This document shows positions 9,563-20,700 of a stretch of 64,000 nt of DNA, piece after piece (position 1 is the first letter of the stretch; the number at the start of each line of letters is the position of its first letter). The DNA comes from Fidelibacterota bacterium (GTDB lineage: Bacteria; Fidelibacterota; Marinisomatia; Marinisomatales; Marinisomataceae): assembly GCA_965212055.1 (NCBI GenBank), contig OZ243041.1, positions 512,001 through 576,000 on the forward strand, read 5' to 3'. Position numbers and translations under genes: made by a program. The notes under the pieces are model-generated. The model saw nothing but the letters and a program-made list of their open reading frames with translations. It had not been told where the DNA came from and did no database searches.

Positions 9563-10630
9563 TTGAAGTATCTTGCCATGTTTTTCATGGGATTAGTACT
9601 AGTCACTGTTTTGGTGGTTTTTGTTATTAAATCTCCAAAACAAGTCATGGATGAATTGGTACGAAGAGGGGTGGAAGAACTATTAGTAGTGGAAGAAGAC
9701 CCTAAAGATGTGATGCGAGTCATTTTTAATGGTACAGGAACTCCACTAGCAGCACAATTTGCATCCCAAAGTACGGTTATTGCCATCAATGATAATATAT
9801 ATGTTTTTGATGTTGGACCACGTTCGAATGCAAATCTTGTTATGAATATGACCTTAGAACCTGCCTTTGTTAAAGCCGTATTTATCAGCCATACCCATTC
9901 TGATCATGTAGGAGATTTAGGGCAATTGAATTTAGCATCTTGGGTGCGTGGAAGAGAGGGACCATTACAAGTATATGGAACTGAAACAGTACAAGATTTG
10001 GTCGATGGATATAACTTAGCATATGCACCAGATCGAATGCACCGTGTTGCCCATCATGGAGCAGATTTGATTGATCCAGAAGTAGGATTGATGGAAGCCA
10101 ATATTTTTAATACGGATGACGGGGAAGTATTAGTGTATAAAGATGATCAAATTGAAGTATCTGCATTCTATGTACCGCATGATCCAGTTACAGGAGCAGT
10201 AGGATATCGTATTACATGCCAAGATCGTTCAGTGATTATTTCAGGTGACACGGCGTTAATGGATGATTATAGTTATGCCAATGGAGCGGATTTACTGATT
10301 CATGAAGGAATTTTCCACCAAGTAAACACCCGTATTGCTAGAATTGCAGAAAGAGTTGGAAAACTCCGTATGATGCAAATATTTGACCATATTAATCATT
10401 ACCATACCAATATGATTGATTATGAAGGAGAACCTGGATTATTAAGCCGTATGGAAGGGATTGACATTGATATGTTGGTCTTAACCCATATTATTCCTAC
10501 AAGAGACAATTTCTTAGTCAAACGCAAACTCAAAGAATTTATTTCTAAATCTCCAGTAGAAACGATTGTGGTACAAGACAATGATGAAATTCATCTTCCA
10601 TTAGGATCAGATGAGATTATCGTAAAATGA
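9563..10630 (+). CDS. MBL-fold hydrolase (RNase Z/AtsA-like), membrane-anchored
   Basis: GTGTP, SHTHSDH, ISGDT, LLIHE, LTH. Confidence 0.85.
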   Translation: MKYLAMFFMGLVLVTVLVVFVIKSPKQVMDELVRRGVEELLVVEEDPKDVMRVIFNGTGTPLAAQFASQSTVIAINDNIYVFDVGPRSNANLVMNMTLEPAFVKAVFISHTHSDHVGDLGQLNLASWVRGREGPLQVYGTETVQDLVDGYNLAYAPDRMHRVAHHGADLIDPEVGLMEANIFNTDDGEVLVYKDDQIEVSAFYVPHDPVTGAVGYRITCQDRSVIISGDTALMDDYSYANGADLLIHEGIFHQVNTRIARIAERVGKLRMMQIFDHINHYHTNMIDYEGEPGLLSRMEGIDIDMLVLTHIIPTRDNFLVKRKLKEFISKSPVETIVVQDNDEIHLPLGSDEIIVK

Positions 10631-11286
10631 GCATTATTCATAGCCTAGAGTGGCGTTATGCTACGAAAAAATTTGACCCGAATAGAAAGGTAAGTAATCA
10701 AGATATTAGTACCTTAAAACGTGCCATTCAACTTGCACCATCTTCCTATGGATTTCAGCTATACAAAGTTATTATCGTGAAAGATCAAGCAACCAAAGAA
10801 AGCTTGGTAAAACACTCCTATTATCAGTCCCAAGTTCGTGATTGCTCACACTTGTTTGTTTTTTGTAGTTATAAGACTGTGAAACCAGAACATGTGGATG
10901 AATTTATTGATTTAATGAAAGAAGCGCGTACCCATGATAAAGAAGGGATGAAACAAAAACTGAAATCCACCGCAAAAATGAAAGCGTATAGCGTAATTGC
11001 TAAAACAGATTTAGGAAGTCGTGATCCAAAGGATGCGGAAGAATGGATGAAAAGACAATGTTATATTGCCTTAGGAAATCTAATGGCAACCTGTGCAGAA
11101 ATGCGCATTGATTCGTGTCCGTTTGAAGGATTTAAATCAAAAGAATATGACCGTATTTTAGGACTAACTGATCGCAATTTAACCAGCGCAGTATTATGTC
11201 CTGTTGGATACCGATCACCTGATGATCATCATCAACATCGTACCAAGGTTCGCAAACCAAAAGAACGATTATTCGAAGAGAAATAG
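10627..11286 (+). CDS. NAD(P)H nitroreductase family
   Basis: WRYATKKFD, LAPSSYGFQ, IDSCPFEGF, VGYR. Confidence 0.92.
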   Translation: MSIIHSLEWRYATKKFDPNRKVSNQDISTLKRAIQLAPSSYGFQLYKVIIVKDQATKESLVKHSYYQSQVRDCSHLFVFCSYKTVKPEHVDEFIDLMKEARTHDKEGMKQKLKSTAKMKAYSVIAKTDLGSRDPKDAEEWMKRQCYIALGNLMATCAEMRIDSCPFEGFKSKEYDRILGLTDRNLTSAVLCPVGYRSPDDHHQHRTKVRKPKERLFEEK

Positions 11287-11287
11287 T

Positions 11288-11878
11288 ATGAGCCTTATTG
11301 ATCCTATTCATACGATTGAAGATGCCGAAACCAAAGAGCTGGTAAAATTCTTTAATGAAACCTTAGGATTTTGTCCAAATTCGGTTCTAACCATGCAAAA
11401 AAATCCAGCCCTTGCCAAAGCATTTATCAACCTCAATATGGCAGTGATGGAGAATCATGGATCTTTAACCAGTGAGTTTAAACGTTTGATTGCATTTATT
11501 AGTAGCAATACCACCGGATGTAGGTATTGTCAGGCCCATACAATTAGAGCAGCGGAACGATACGGCGCAAGCAAAGAACGCCTTGACAATATTTGGAATT
11601 TTGAAGAAAGCGATTGTTTTTCTGATCAAGAAAAAGTCGCGCTTAAATTTACTAGGGAAGCAAGCAAAGTTCCTGTAGCAACCACCAAAGAACTGGAAGA
11701 GGAGTTAAAGCAACATTGGAGTGAGAATGATATCATTGAAATTATGTCCGTGATTGCTTTATTTGGCTATTTAAATCGATGGAACGATGTGATGGGGACT
11801 TCTTTGGAAGAGGATGCGGTAGAATCCGCCAATCAATATCTCAAAGATAAAGGGTGGGATATTGGAAAACACCATTAA
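11288..11878 (+). CDS. Carboxymuconolactone decarboxylase/AhpD-family peroxidase
   Basis: GCRYCQAH CxxC motif, LGFCPNS, FGYLNRWND; start moved to ATG 11288. Confidence 0.88.
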   Translation: MSLIDPIHTIEDAETKELVKFFNETLGFCPNSVLTMQKNPALAKAFINLNMAVMENHGSLTSEFKRLIAFISSNTTGCRYCQAHTIRAAERYGASKERLDNIWNFEESDCFSDQEKVALKFTREASKVPVATTKELEEELKQHWSENDIIEIMSVIALFGYLNRWNDVMGTSLEEDAVESANQYLKDKGWDIGKHH

Positions 11879-11880
11879 AC

Positions 11881-11910
11881 AAAAAAGGCACTTTTCAGTG
11901 CCTTTTTTTT
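11881..11910. terminator. Bidirectional intrinsic terminator
   Basis: AAAAAAGGCACT-TTTC-AGTGCCTTTTTTTT between convergent genes. Confidence 0.9.
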
Positions 11911-11959
11911 ATGAATAAACGTATCCAAGAGAATTGTAGCCGTCAGAGAAGGATGCCGT

Positions 11960-12781
11960 TTATTCTTCTTCATCAACAATGATTCGTTGTTGTTGAATGC
12001 CTGTAGATGCAATTTCATTAGTAGTACCTTCTTTTGTGCCTCTTATGAGATCAAAAGATACTTGTGTGTCTTCATCAGCTGCATATACTTTGATATGAGA
12101 TCTGTCTACTCTTTCTTCAGTATCCACAATTGATTGATTGTCTTCATCAACTGTTACTACGTTTGCAACAACAATAGTATCTTCATAGAAGTAATTGGTG
12201 GTATACAATCCACCTTCCCATTCAAATACTTGTCCCGCACCTAAGTCACTACGTGCTTTTAAGAATGCCACTTTAAACGTGTCGCCTTCATAGCTTTTTA
12301 CAAGAGCCCAATCGATTGTTTTAAGTTCACTTTTATCTTCCAAGATTTCTTCATACCATAAATTGGTGGTATACATCATTCCTTGCCACTTAAAGGCTCT
12401 TCCAGGTCCTAACATTCCGCGTGCTGCAGCAAAGGCCTCTGGAAAGGTTTCTTGATCAAAACTGTAATGTTCTGGTTCAGATGATTCTGTCAACAAACTA
12501 GGATCATTCTTTGGTGCAGTTACACCATCGATCAGATTGCTTTCTGCTGTAGGTTTTATTTCTGTCACCCCACCAGCTAGTGTTCGTAATTCAGGGTTAC
12601 CATTATCTTCAGTCGCATCTACTGTAGTTGCTACTTCTTGCGAAACAACAGAGTCGGTTTCTGAGAGGGCAGAGCCTAGTTGGATATCTTTGGTGGAATT
12701 CATGAATAAGATTAAAAGCGTTACTCCAAGAGCAACCGCTCCAAATGTGATTTTTTCAAATATGCTATACATTATTTTCAT
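11960..12781 (-). CDS. Membrane-anchored acidic hypothetical protein with two 34-aa repeats
   Basis: N-terminal TM; TFPEAFAAARGMLGPGRAFKWQGMMYTTN and TFKVAFLKARSDLGAGQVFEWEGGLYTTN; GGAG upstream. Confidence 0.8.
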   Translation of the reverse strand: MKIMYSIFEKITFGAVALGVTLLILFMNSTKDIQLGSALSETDSVVSQEVATTVDATEDNGNPELRTLAGGVTEIKPTAESNLIDGVTAPKNDPSLLTESSEPEHYSFDQETFPEAFAAARGMLGPGRAFKWQGMMYTTNLWYEEILEDKSELKTIDWALVKSYEGDTFKVAFLKARSDLGAGQVFEWEGGLYTTNYFYEDTIVVANVVTVDEDNQSIVDTEERVDRSHIKVYAADEDTQVSFDLIRGTKEGTTNEIASTGIQQQRIIVDEEE

Positions 12782-12987
12782 CTCCGTCTTTGTACCATCT
12801 TTTTCGCTTTCCCGTAGTAGTATATGTCTTATAAATGGAATGGTTTCAAGTTTTTTTGTAAATTATCCTAGAATATAAAAAGTGTAGACACATAACTGAG
12901 GAGTTTGAAATGTCTGATAACAAACATGAAGAGCAAATCCTGATTAAGGTATTTTGCGCATAATATATATTATGTATAATTGATGAG

Positions 12988-13695
12988 ATGAATAAAAATA
13001 GACTAGTAAAACAAACAAGATGTGCCCTATTACTCTACATTGTAGCAATATTTGTAGCAATGCCCCTTTATGCTGGCGGAACCTATGCTATTAAAGATAT
13101 TGCTACCTTCTATAATTTCTGTACTAATTTTCTAAGCGATCTTGGAAGAACTACTAGTCATTCTGGTGATTTAAACTTCTTTTCTAGTTTTTTATTTAAT
13201 AATGCTATGGTTATTTTCGGAATCTTTTATGGTCGATTTATATACCATATGACAAATTATCTTAATGATATAGATCAAAATATAGCTTCTTTGGCCAAAA
13301 TTGCATCAATAATCGCCTGTTTTTCTACAATTGGGGTTGCATTAACCCCCGCAGATGTTGATTCCTTATATCTTGCTCATATCCTGTTTGCTAACAATAT
13401 TTTCTATTTTGGGTGTTTTGGGACTGCTCTTTTTGGATATTTATTTCTGAAATCAAATGCAATTGATAATAAATATGGTTGGATACTACTATTTTATTCC
13501 TTTGCTACCATTGGTTACATCTGTGTAATGTGGTATGGTCCAAAACCATTCTTCGTATTAGCCGATGGATCAATATCGCCATCAGCCCATGGATTAATGG
13601 TGCAAGCCTCTGCACAAAAGATCATCTTCTTAATTGGATTCTTCTCGAATTGGATGACGGTTAAAGCAATAGGTTTACTTGACAACAAAGTTTAG
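12988..13695 (+). CDS. Integral membrane protein (DUF998-like), paralog of 47550..48236
   Basis: About 6 hydrophobic segments; [16 protein letters not shown] motifs shared with the paralog. Confidence 0.7.
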   Translation: MNKNRLVKQTRCALLLYIVAIFVAMPLYAGGTYAIKDIATFYNFCTNFLSDLGRTTSHSGDLNFFSSFLFNNAMVIFGIFYGRFIYHMTNYLNDIDQNIASLAKIASIIACFSTIGVALTPADVDSLYLAHILFANNIFYFGCFGTALFGYLFLKSNAIDNKYGWILLFYSFATIGYICVMWYGPKPFFVLADGSISPSAHGLMVQASAQKIIFLIGFFSNWMTVKAIGLLDNKV

Positions 13696-16113
13696 TAATC
13701 TATTCGGTATATAGATTGTTTTTACAATAGATCCTTTTGAAGTATAATTTTCTACTTTTTCAAGCGCTAATGCTGCATCCACAGCAGTCGTTTCATCAGA
13801 ATCTTTTGCTAAAGTAATATTTGCCCTCAATTTGCCGTTTACTTGTACCACAACTGTCACTTCATCAGTCTGAGTTAGTTGTTCATCGTAATCAGGCCAA
13901 TTTTCGTATGCAAGAGAGTCTTTATTGCCTAATAATGACCAGAATTCTTCCGAAAGATGTGGCATAAATGGTGATGATGCTTTAACAAGATCTACGATCA
14001 AATCTCTTGAAATCTTGTTACATTTTTGTAGATGATTGCAATAAATCATTAATTGAGAAACCGCAGTATTAAAGTGAAGATTTTCAATATCATCCCCCAC
14101 TTTTTTAATGGTAGTATGATGGAGATGTAATGTTTCTTTGTCTGGAGTAACATCTTCTGCTATTTTTGAGGACAACTTCCCTTCTTCATCGACAATAATA
14201 GCCCATAATTTGTTGACAAATCTGTAACATCCTTGTAATCCTTTAGTATTCCATGGTTTTGATTTATTGAGTGGTCCCATAAACATTTCATATAATCGCA
14301 TTGAATCGGCACCGTATTCATCGATAATATCATCAGGGTTAACAACATTTCCTCTTGATTTACTCATTTTGGCTCCATCATCTCCTAAAATCATTCCCTG
14401 ATTGTATAATTTTTTAAAGGGTTCTTTCGTTGATACAAGACCTAAATCGTGTAATACATGGTGCCAAAATCTTGAATATAATAAATGCAGTACAGCATGT
14501 TCTTGTCCTCCAATATATAAATCAACTGGCATCCAGTATTTTTCTTTCTTTTTAGACCATGAATTATCTCTATTTAATGGGTCAATAAAGCGCAAATAAT
14601 ACCAACAGGAACCAGCCCATTGAGGCATCGTGTTTGTTTCTCTAAGTCCAACAATATTACCCGATGAATCTTTTATTTCAACCCAACTTTCGATAGTAGA
14701 AAGTGGAGATTTTCCATCATCTGATGGTTTGTAATTTTCTACTTCTGGCAACATAACAGGGAGATCTTCTTCTTTAACCGTTTCTAATCCGTCATCTGTA
14801 TGAATAATTGGAAAAGGTTCTCCCCAATAACGCTGTCTAGAAAACAACCAATCTCTTAGCTTATAATTGACTGCTCCAGTACCTAATCCTTTTTTTTCAA
14901 TATATTGAATTGTTTTCTTGATAGCTTTTTCAACTGTTAATCCATCAATTGAGAGTGTATCTGGGTGTGAAGAATTCACAATTATAGCATCACCTTTGTC
15001 TATAAAAGCTGCTTTTGTAACGTCTCCCCCCTTCACCACTTCTTTAATTGGTAAATCATATTTTTTTGCAAACTCCCAATCACGTTCATCGTGTCCAGGA
15101 ACCGCCATAATTGCTCCTGTACCATAACTAATAAGTACATAGTCAGCAACCCAGATTTCCATTTCTTCTTTACTAAGAGGATTAATAGCATAGGATCCTG
15201 TAAAAATACCTGTTTTATCTTTATTAATTTCTGTTCTATCAAAGTCAGATTTTTGCTGTGTTTCTTTAATATACTTTTCTACTGCTTTTTTTTGCTTTTC
15301 TGTGACAATTGTATCAACAAGTGGGTGTTCCGGTGCTATGACCATATATGTTGCTCCAAATAACGTATCTGACCTAGTTGTGTACACTTTAATAGGTTCT
15401 TCTGAAGAATCTTTGATAGAAAAGTTGATTTCTACTCCTTCGGATTTTCCAATCCAATTTTTCTGGAGTTCTTTAATATTCTCTGGCCAATCTAAATCTT
15501 CAAGCCCATTTAATAAAGATTCAGCGTATTTAGTAATTTTTAATACCCATTGCTTCATTGGAGTTCGATAGACAGGATGTCCTCCGATATCTGATTTCCC
15601 ATCTACCACTTCTTCATTTGCAAGTACAGCACGTAGTTCTGGACACCAATTAACCGCTACTTCTTCTTGGTAAGCAAGTCCTTGGTTATATAATTGAAGA
15701 AAAATCCATTGGGTCCACTTATAATATTCTGGGTCAGTAGTATTAATCTCTCTGGACCAATCATAAGAAAATCCAAGTTGATTAATTTGTCGTTTAAAAT
15801 TTTGAATATTTTGTGAAGTAGTAACGCTAGGGTGAGTTCCTGTTTTAATTGCATATTGTTCTGCTGGAAGCCCAAATGCATCCCATCCCATAGGATGCAA
15901 TACATTAAATCCTTTCATACGTTTAAATCGTGCAATAATGTCGGTTGCAACATAGCCAAGAGCATGTCCTACATGTAATCCTGAACCGGATGGATAAGGA
16001 AACATATCTAAAACGTAGTATTTTGGCTTACTGTCTTCTGAGGTTAAAAAAGTATTATTATTTGTCCAGTATTCCTGCCATTTTGGTTCAATTTTTTTAT
16101 GATTGTAACTCAA
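13675..16113 (-). CDS. leuS: Leucine--tRNA ligase
   Basis: [41 protein letters not shown]. Confidence 0.98.
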   Translation of the reverse strand: MSYNHKKIEPKWQEYWTNNNTFLTSEDSKPKYYVLDMFPYPSGSGLHVGHALGYVATDIIARFKRMKGFNVLHPMGWDAFGLPAEQYAIKTGTHPSVTTSQNIQNFKRQINQLGFSYDWSREINTTDPEYYKWTQWIFLQLYNQGLAYQEEVAVNWCPELRAVLANEEVVDGKSDIGGHPVYRTPMKQWVLKITKYAESLLNGLEDLDWPENIKELQKNWIGKSEGVEINFSIKDSSEEPIKVYTTRSDTLFGATYMVIAPEHPLVDTIVTEKQKKAVEKYIKETQQKSDFDRTEINKDKTGIFTGSYAINPLSKEEMEIWVADYVLISYGTGAIMAVPGHDERDWEFAKKYDLPIKEVVKGGDVTKAAFIDKGDAIIVNSSHPDTLSIDGLTVEKAIKKTIQYIEKKGLGTGAVNYKLRDWLFSRQRYWGEPFPIIHTDDGLETVKEEDLPVMLPEVENYKPSDDGKSPLSTIESWVEIKDSSGNIVGLRETNTMPQWAGSCWYYLRFIDPLNRDNSWSKKKEKYWMPVDLYIGGQEHAVLHLLYSRFWHHVLHDLGLVSTKEPFKKLYNQGMILGDDGAKMSKSRGNVVNPDDIIDEYGADSMRLYEMFMGPLNKSKPWNTKGLQGCYRFVNKLWAIIVDEEGKLSSKIAEDVTPDKETLHLHHTTIKKVGDDIENLHFNTAVSQLMIYCNHLQKCNKISRDLIVDLVKASSPFMPHLSEEFWSLLGNKDSLAYENWPDYDEQLTQTDEVTVVVQVNGKLRANITLAKDSDETTAVDAALALEKVENYTSKGSIVKTIYIPNRLLNFVVK

Positions 16114-16115
16114 AA

Positions 16116-16646
16116 TTAATAGAAGCTTTCAACTTGTTTTATCCAATCTAAAATAATAGCATTTATCTCAACGGGCCTTGTATCATCTGTATTCCATCCA
16201 CTACTTCCTCCTCCACTTTCAAATCCGCTTGAGAAAGAACTGGTCATTGGTCCAGATACCTCATCATCTTGAAGAATTGAATTCGTATAGAATTTTGCAA
16301 ATACTTTTTTGGTTGTTGGATCTCGAAACAAGATATATGATTTCTTTGGATCAGCGGTATCTCCATAGTATGGATCAAAATTAAAATCTTCAAATAGAAT
16401 TTCTATTTCTACATTCCCATCAGTATCTGGAGGTAAAATTTCAAATCCAATCTTTACCAACTCTGATTGAAGAGCTTGAATATGTTGTACCATAAACGGG
16501 TCCTGAATGTAGTCGTTAATGAATTCTTCAATCTTGTTATTGTCACTTAGTTTGACTTTTTTTCTTCTAAATTGTCCTTGTAAATCTGATGTAAAGACAA
16601 TCAACAATACAAACGCTAATAAATATGTAAATCTTTCTAATTTCAT
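16116..16646 (-). CDS. Secreted hypothetical protein
   Basis: Signal-peptide-like N-terminus; AGGAG upstream; 2 nt from the leuS start. Confidence 0.7.
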   Translation of the reverse strand: MKLERFTYLLAFVLLIVFTSDLQGQFRRKKVKLSDNNKIEEFINDYIQDPFMVQHIQALQSELVKIGFEILPPDTDGNVEIEILFEDFNFDPYYGDTADPKKSYILFRDPTTKKVFAKFYTNSILQDDEVSGPMTSSFSSGFESGGGSSGWNTDDTRPVEINAIILDWIKQVESFY

Positions 16647-16662
16647 TTTGGTCTCCTATGTT

Positions 16663-17220
16663 CTATATCGCGCAACCGTTTATTCCCCTCTTTTTATAAT
16701 AATCTTGATGATAATCTTCTGCATCATAAAAATCATTCACCGGTTCGACTTCTGTTACTATTTTTGTTCTAAATTTACCGGATTCATTTACTGCATTAAT
16801 TATCTTTTCAGCCAATTCTTTTTCATTATCATTGCCATAAAATATAGCAGATCGATATTGGGTTCCAACGTCTGGCCCTTGTCTATTGGGTGTCGTTGGA
16901 TCGTGTAATTCAAAAAAAGTATTTAGAAGATTCTCGTATGATATGACACTTGCATCATACACAACCTTAATAGCTTCTGCATGTCCTGTAATCCCAGTAC
17001 ACACAACTTCATAAGAAGGATTCTCCGCATTTCCTCCTGTATACCCCACCGTTGTAGAAACTACTCCTTCAAGTGATTGGAAAGTAGATTCTACTCCCCA
17101 AAAACATCCTGCAGCAAAAAATGCGTTATTATGATTTTTACTTTCTTGTGCCATAACTATGCTAAATAAGCTAATTGAAAATAATGAAAAATTATATAAA
17201 GTACTATTTCTTGTAATCAT
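16663..17220 (-). CDS. msrA: Peptide methionine sulfoxide reductase A, exported
   Basis: FAAGCFWGVE, GHAEA, HDPT, QYRSAIF, AEDYHQDY; ATG at 17220 followed by a signal peptide. Confidence 0.95.
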   Translation of the reverse strand: MITRNSTLYNFSLFSISLFSIVMAQESKNHNNAFFAAGCFWGVESTFQSLEGVVSTTVGYTGGNAENPSYEVVCTGITGHAEAIKVVYDASVISYENLLNTFFELHDPTTPNRQGPDVGTQYRSAIFYGNDNEKELAEKIINAVNESGKFRTKIVTEVEPVNDFYDAEDYHQDYYKKRGINGCAI

Positions 17221-17338
17221 AATATATCCACGCTCCAATTAGTCCCATAGGGATTGATATAATTACACCAATAACAGGAATCAGAATGGATGCAAAAGAA
17301 ATTCCTACTCCTACTAATAGTGAATTTAATATCCTCAT
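17204..17338 (-). CDS. Small hydrophobic membrane protein (44 aa), not in ORF track
   Basis: MRILNSLLVGVGISFASILIPVIGVIISIPMGLIGAWIYYDYKK; ATGA overlap with upstream stop. Confidence 0.65.
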   Translation of the reverse strand: MRILNSLLVGVGISFASILIPVIGVIISIPMGLIGAWIYYDYKK

Positions 17339-17787
17339 TGAGAATCATCATTATCTGATTCACTATAATTAAATTCAACCCGGATCCAATCTAAAGACGT
17401 ATTACCTGCGTAATCGCTTACCCATGCTTTAACAATAAAACTATTCTCAGTAGTAGCACCACAGTTAGAACTACAAAAACTTGTTGAATCAAATGCATAA
17501 TTAGTTTGAAATGTTGTGATAAGAGAATCTGTGCTCATATCATTGCTAAGAAAGATTTCAATCCCATCAATTTCCAAGAAAACAGCTAATATTGCAAGAT
17601 CATCGCTTGCAGTGATATCAAAATCAATTGTTTGTCCTGTCACATAGATTGAATCTGTTACAGGCTGATTAATGGTAATAGTTGGAACTTCCATATCTAT
17701 ATCAGTTATTGGAAGCGATACACTTACTTGTTCATCTACATCACAAGATAATATAAACAAAAATACGAGTCCTAGTATTTGTCTCAT
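17335..17787 (-). CDS. Lipoprotein with Ig-like (Big) domain
   Basis: Lipobox FILSC; PTITINQP..TASDD..V...IDG..A..D.AGN Ig pattern. Confidence 0.75.
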   Translation of the reverse strand: MRQILGLVFLFILSCDVDEQVSVSLPITDIDMEVPTITINQPVTDSIYVTGQTIDFDITASDDLAILAVFLEIDGIEIFLSNDMSTDSLITTFQTNYAFDSTSFCSSNCGATTENSFIVKAWVSDYAGNTSLDWIRVEFNYSESDNDDSQ

Positions 17788-19022
17788 CTTGCTGTCCTTG
17801 GTTGGTTAAATCCTAATGAAAGAACCGATGCTACAATTAATGCTATAATAGTATGAGCTAAAATTAAGTATACAAAATTGGTAAAAAATCCTAGATATAT
17901 AAATACAAGAACAGCACATGCTCGTATCACCTCTACATTATTAGCATAATTTCTTCCATCAAGCAATAGTGCGTTTGATATTGCTAATGTTGATACCAAT
18001 ATTGCAACACCAGCCATCTCTGGATAGGAAAATTTCTCAACATTAAATAGCATTAATATTGTAAGACCATTTATCATACTAAATTGAAAGAATGCAAACA
18101 CTTTTTCCATAGTTGTGATTTCTGGATCATATTTTTCAAAATTGTCCAAATCATTCTTATGAACAGGATATTTTTCTACAACATCATCTGGTCTCCATGC
18201 AGGAGGAGAAAACCATACACGTATTTTATCTTTAAACCTTTTTGTTCGATAGGAATCTAAAATCATTTGATAAAAAACCTCAACATTCGCCCATAAAGGA
18301 TTAAATGTCTTTAATGGCTTTACTGTACCATAAACAGGCTTTAAATCTTCTCTTTCGTCAATAAAAGTTCCAAAAATGCGATCCCAAATTATAAAAACAC
18401 CTCCATAATTTGCATCTAAATAATCATCGTTTTGAGCGTGATGTATTCTATGATTTGATGGAGTTATAAATATGTACTCTAAAACTCCCAACCTTCCAAT
18501 ATGCTCAGTATGTACCCAGAATTGATAGATCAAATTTATTCCGGCCACTGTAACAAAAACATTTGGTGGAATTCCTATAAGAAACATTGGTAGAAAGAAT
18601 ATCCACTTCCAAAGAAAGCCAGTACTAGTCTGTCTCATAGCTGTCGATAAATTAAATTCTTCTCCATGATGATGAACTACATGCGTTGCCCAGAAAACCT
18701 TTACTTCATGGTGTAAACGATGCATCCAGTAATAACATATATCATACATGAAAAAAGCAGTTACCCAAACCCAAGTTTCCGTTGAGTTTAGCAAACTTAA
18801 GTTAAACTCTTCAGCAACATAAGTATAGACGACATACTGAAAACCCAACGCGAGCAATGGGACAAATCTACTGATTAACCCCAATGACATACTGGCTAGT
18901 GCATCATTTATTCTGTAATTATTTTCTCTTTTAATAAGTCCATAAACGAACTCAATACCGACTAAAAGCATAAAGAATGGAATCGCATAAGTAATAAGTG
19001 GTGAGCTATCTTGACCAAACAT
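17784..19022 (-). CDS. Sterol desaturase/alkylglycerol monooxygenase-family protein
   Basis: His boxes YWMHRLHH, HVVHH, QFWVHTE, PSNHRIHH; NYGG..IIWDRIFGT. Confidence 0.9.
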   Translation of the reverse strand: MFGQDSSPLITYAIPFFMLLVGIEFVYGLIKRENNYRINDALASMSLGLISRFVPLLALGFQYVVYTYVAEEFNLSLLNSTETWVWVTAFFMYDICYYWMHRLHHEVKVFWATHVVHHHGEEFNLSTAMRQTSTGFLWKWIFFLPMFLIGIPPNVFVTVAGINLIYQFWVHTEHIGRLGVLEYIFITPSNHRIHHAQNDDYLDANYGGVFIIWDRIFGTFIDEREDLKPVYGTVKPLKTFNPLWANVEVFYQMILDSYRTKRFKDKIRVWFSPPAWRPDDVVEKYPVHKNDLDNFEKYDPEITTMEKVFAFFQFSMINGLTILMLFNVEKFSYPEMAGVAILVSTLAISNALLLDGRNYANNVEVIRACAVLVFIYLGFFTNFVYLILAHTIIALIVASVLSLGFNQPRTAR

Positions 19023-19055
19023 ATTAAGATAATTTAATGATTTTTTTTATCATAG

Positions 19056-19109
19056 AAACCAAAAAGTCTCTCAGTGAATAATGCTATCCACTTGAAGAGA
19101 CCTTTGGTT
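19056..19109 (-). terminator. Long imperfect hairpin, probable terminator of the nusA...merR transcript
   Basis: Arms AACCAAAAAGTCTCTCAGTG / CACTTGAAGAGACCTTTGGTT; T-rich 3' side on the - strand. Confidence 0.6.
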
Positions 19110-19153
19110 GACTACATAATCTTTAAAAAGATATAAACAATGTTGTGTAATTG

Positions 19154-19504
19154 TCAATGTCTATTTAATTCATTAAGTATGCTATTAAGTTCATTACGAA
19201 CTTCGTGAAGAACAGATTTATCACGTTCTTTTACCTCTCTTACCCTTGAATGTTCATGAGAAGCGTTTTTTAATTCTTCAATTGCGCCCTTGATAGTAAA
19301 TTTTTTGTCATATAATAATTTCTTAATATTTAAGATCACCGAAATATCATTTTGTTTATAGGTGCGATTTCCTGCTCTATTCTTTGATGGCTTTAATGAT
19401 GGAAATTCAGACTCCCAATATCTTAAGACATAAGGTTTAAGCTTGGTTAGTTCACTTACTTCTTTAATGCTGTAATATAATTTTGAACTTGATTCATGCA
19501 TCAC
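19154..19504 (-). CDS. MerR-family HTH transcriptional regulator
   Basis: YYSIKEVSELTKLKPYVLRYWESEFP..KNRAGNRTY. Confidence 0.9.
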   Translation of the reverse strand: MMHESSSKLYYSIKEVSELTKLKPYVLRYWESEFPSLKPSKNRAGNRTYKQNDISVILNIKKLLYDKKFTIKGAIEELKNASHEHSRVREVKERDKSVLHEVRNELNSILNELNRH

Positions 19505-19578
19505 TTTAATTAATCCATTACTTTAACTACTTTATACACATAAATTATATCATTAAAGTAATGCTTTAATAATGAAAT

Positions 19579-20679
19579 TTAAAGAATTTTATTTAGATCA
19601 GTGTGATTAAGGCTATGAGCTTCTGCTACTTCCCTATTTAGGAGGTGTCCTTTATGCGTATTTAAACCCATTTTTAATTCAGAGTTATCTTCTAAACCAA
19701 CTATACCTTTATTAGCTAAATGCAATATATATGGTCGTGTAGCTTCGTTTAATGCATCTGTAGCAGTAAATGGTACCGCAGATGGAATATTCTTAACACA
19801 ATAGTGAATAATATCATCAACTTCATAAGTAGGATTATCATGGGTTGTTGCTTTTGATGTTTCAAAACAACCTCCTTGATCAATTGAGACATCAGATAAA
19901 ATACTCTTTGGCTGCATTAATTTTAACATTTCTCTTGTAATAAGAGTTGGAGGTTTTGCTCCTACCGTCAAAACTGCTCCAACAACAATGTCTGCATTAG
20001 GAAGAAGCTTATTTATGGTTTCTGAGGTTGAGATAGCAGTGTTTGCTTTAGGATAGGCCTCCTTGATGGCAAGTAGGCGTTCTTCATTAATATCTAAAAT
20101 AGTTGTATTTGCTCCTAATCCTAAGCTTATTTCTAGTGCATTAACCCCAACAATACCTGCTCCAAGAATTATTACATTTGCAGGATCGGCAAGTGATGTA
20201 CCTGATATCAGTTTTCCTTTTCCCTGATTACTCTTTTTTAGAAGTGATATACAGTCTAAGATTGCTAATCTACCCGCAATTTCACTCATTGGTTTTAACA
20301 TTGGTAATTCATTATCAATGCTAACAGTTTCATAAGCAATGCTTGTGGTATTACAATCAAGTAGTTTTTCGGTTAATTCTTTGGAAGAACTTAAATGTAG
20401 ATAGGTGAAAATTGTTTTATTTTTTAAAAGCTCTACTTCCTCAAAAGAAGGTTCTTTTACTTTAACAATTAGTTCTGCAGCATCAAAAACATCTATAGCT
20501 TCATCTAGGATAGTACAGCCAACTTGCTGATAATCAGAATTGCTGTATCCACTATGGATTCCAGCATTATTCTCAACAAATACTTCATGTGAATTGTCTA
20601 CGAGAAGTTTGGCAGTTTTAGGATTGATCCCAACACGATATTCTTGTGAAATAATTTCTTTAGGAACACCAATTTTCAT
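19579..20679 (-). CDS. ald: Alanine dehydrogenase
   Basis: MKIGVPKE, KVKEP, FTYLHL, PMSEIAGR, DVSIDQGGCFETS, HYCV.N.P. Confidence 0.95.
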   Translation of the reverse strand: MKIGVPKEIISQEYRVGINPKTAKLLVDNSHEVFVENNAGIHSGYSNSDYQQVGCTILDEAIDVFDAAELIVKVKEPSFEEVELLKNKTIFTYLHLSSSKELTEKLLDCNTTSIAYETVSIDNELPMLKPMSEIAGRLAILDCISLLKKSNQGKGKLISGTSLADPANVIILGAGIVGVNALEISLGLGANTTILDINEERLLAIKEAYPKANTAISTSETINKLLPNADIVVGAVLTVGAKPPTLITREMLKLMQPKSILSDVSIDQGGCFETSKATTHDNPTYEVDDIIHYCVKNIPSAVPFTATDALNEATRPYILHLANKGIVGLEDNSELKMGLNTHKGHLLNREVAEAHSLNHTDLNKIL

Positions 20680-20700
20680 GAAGATCTACCTTTTTATTTA

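Noticed and set aside
12910..12963. 17-aa ORF MSDNKHEEQILIKVFCA with GAGGAG site
   Set aside because: Too short to support; it overlaps the likely promoter of the next gene and may be a gene remnant.
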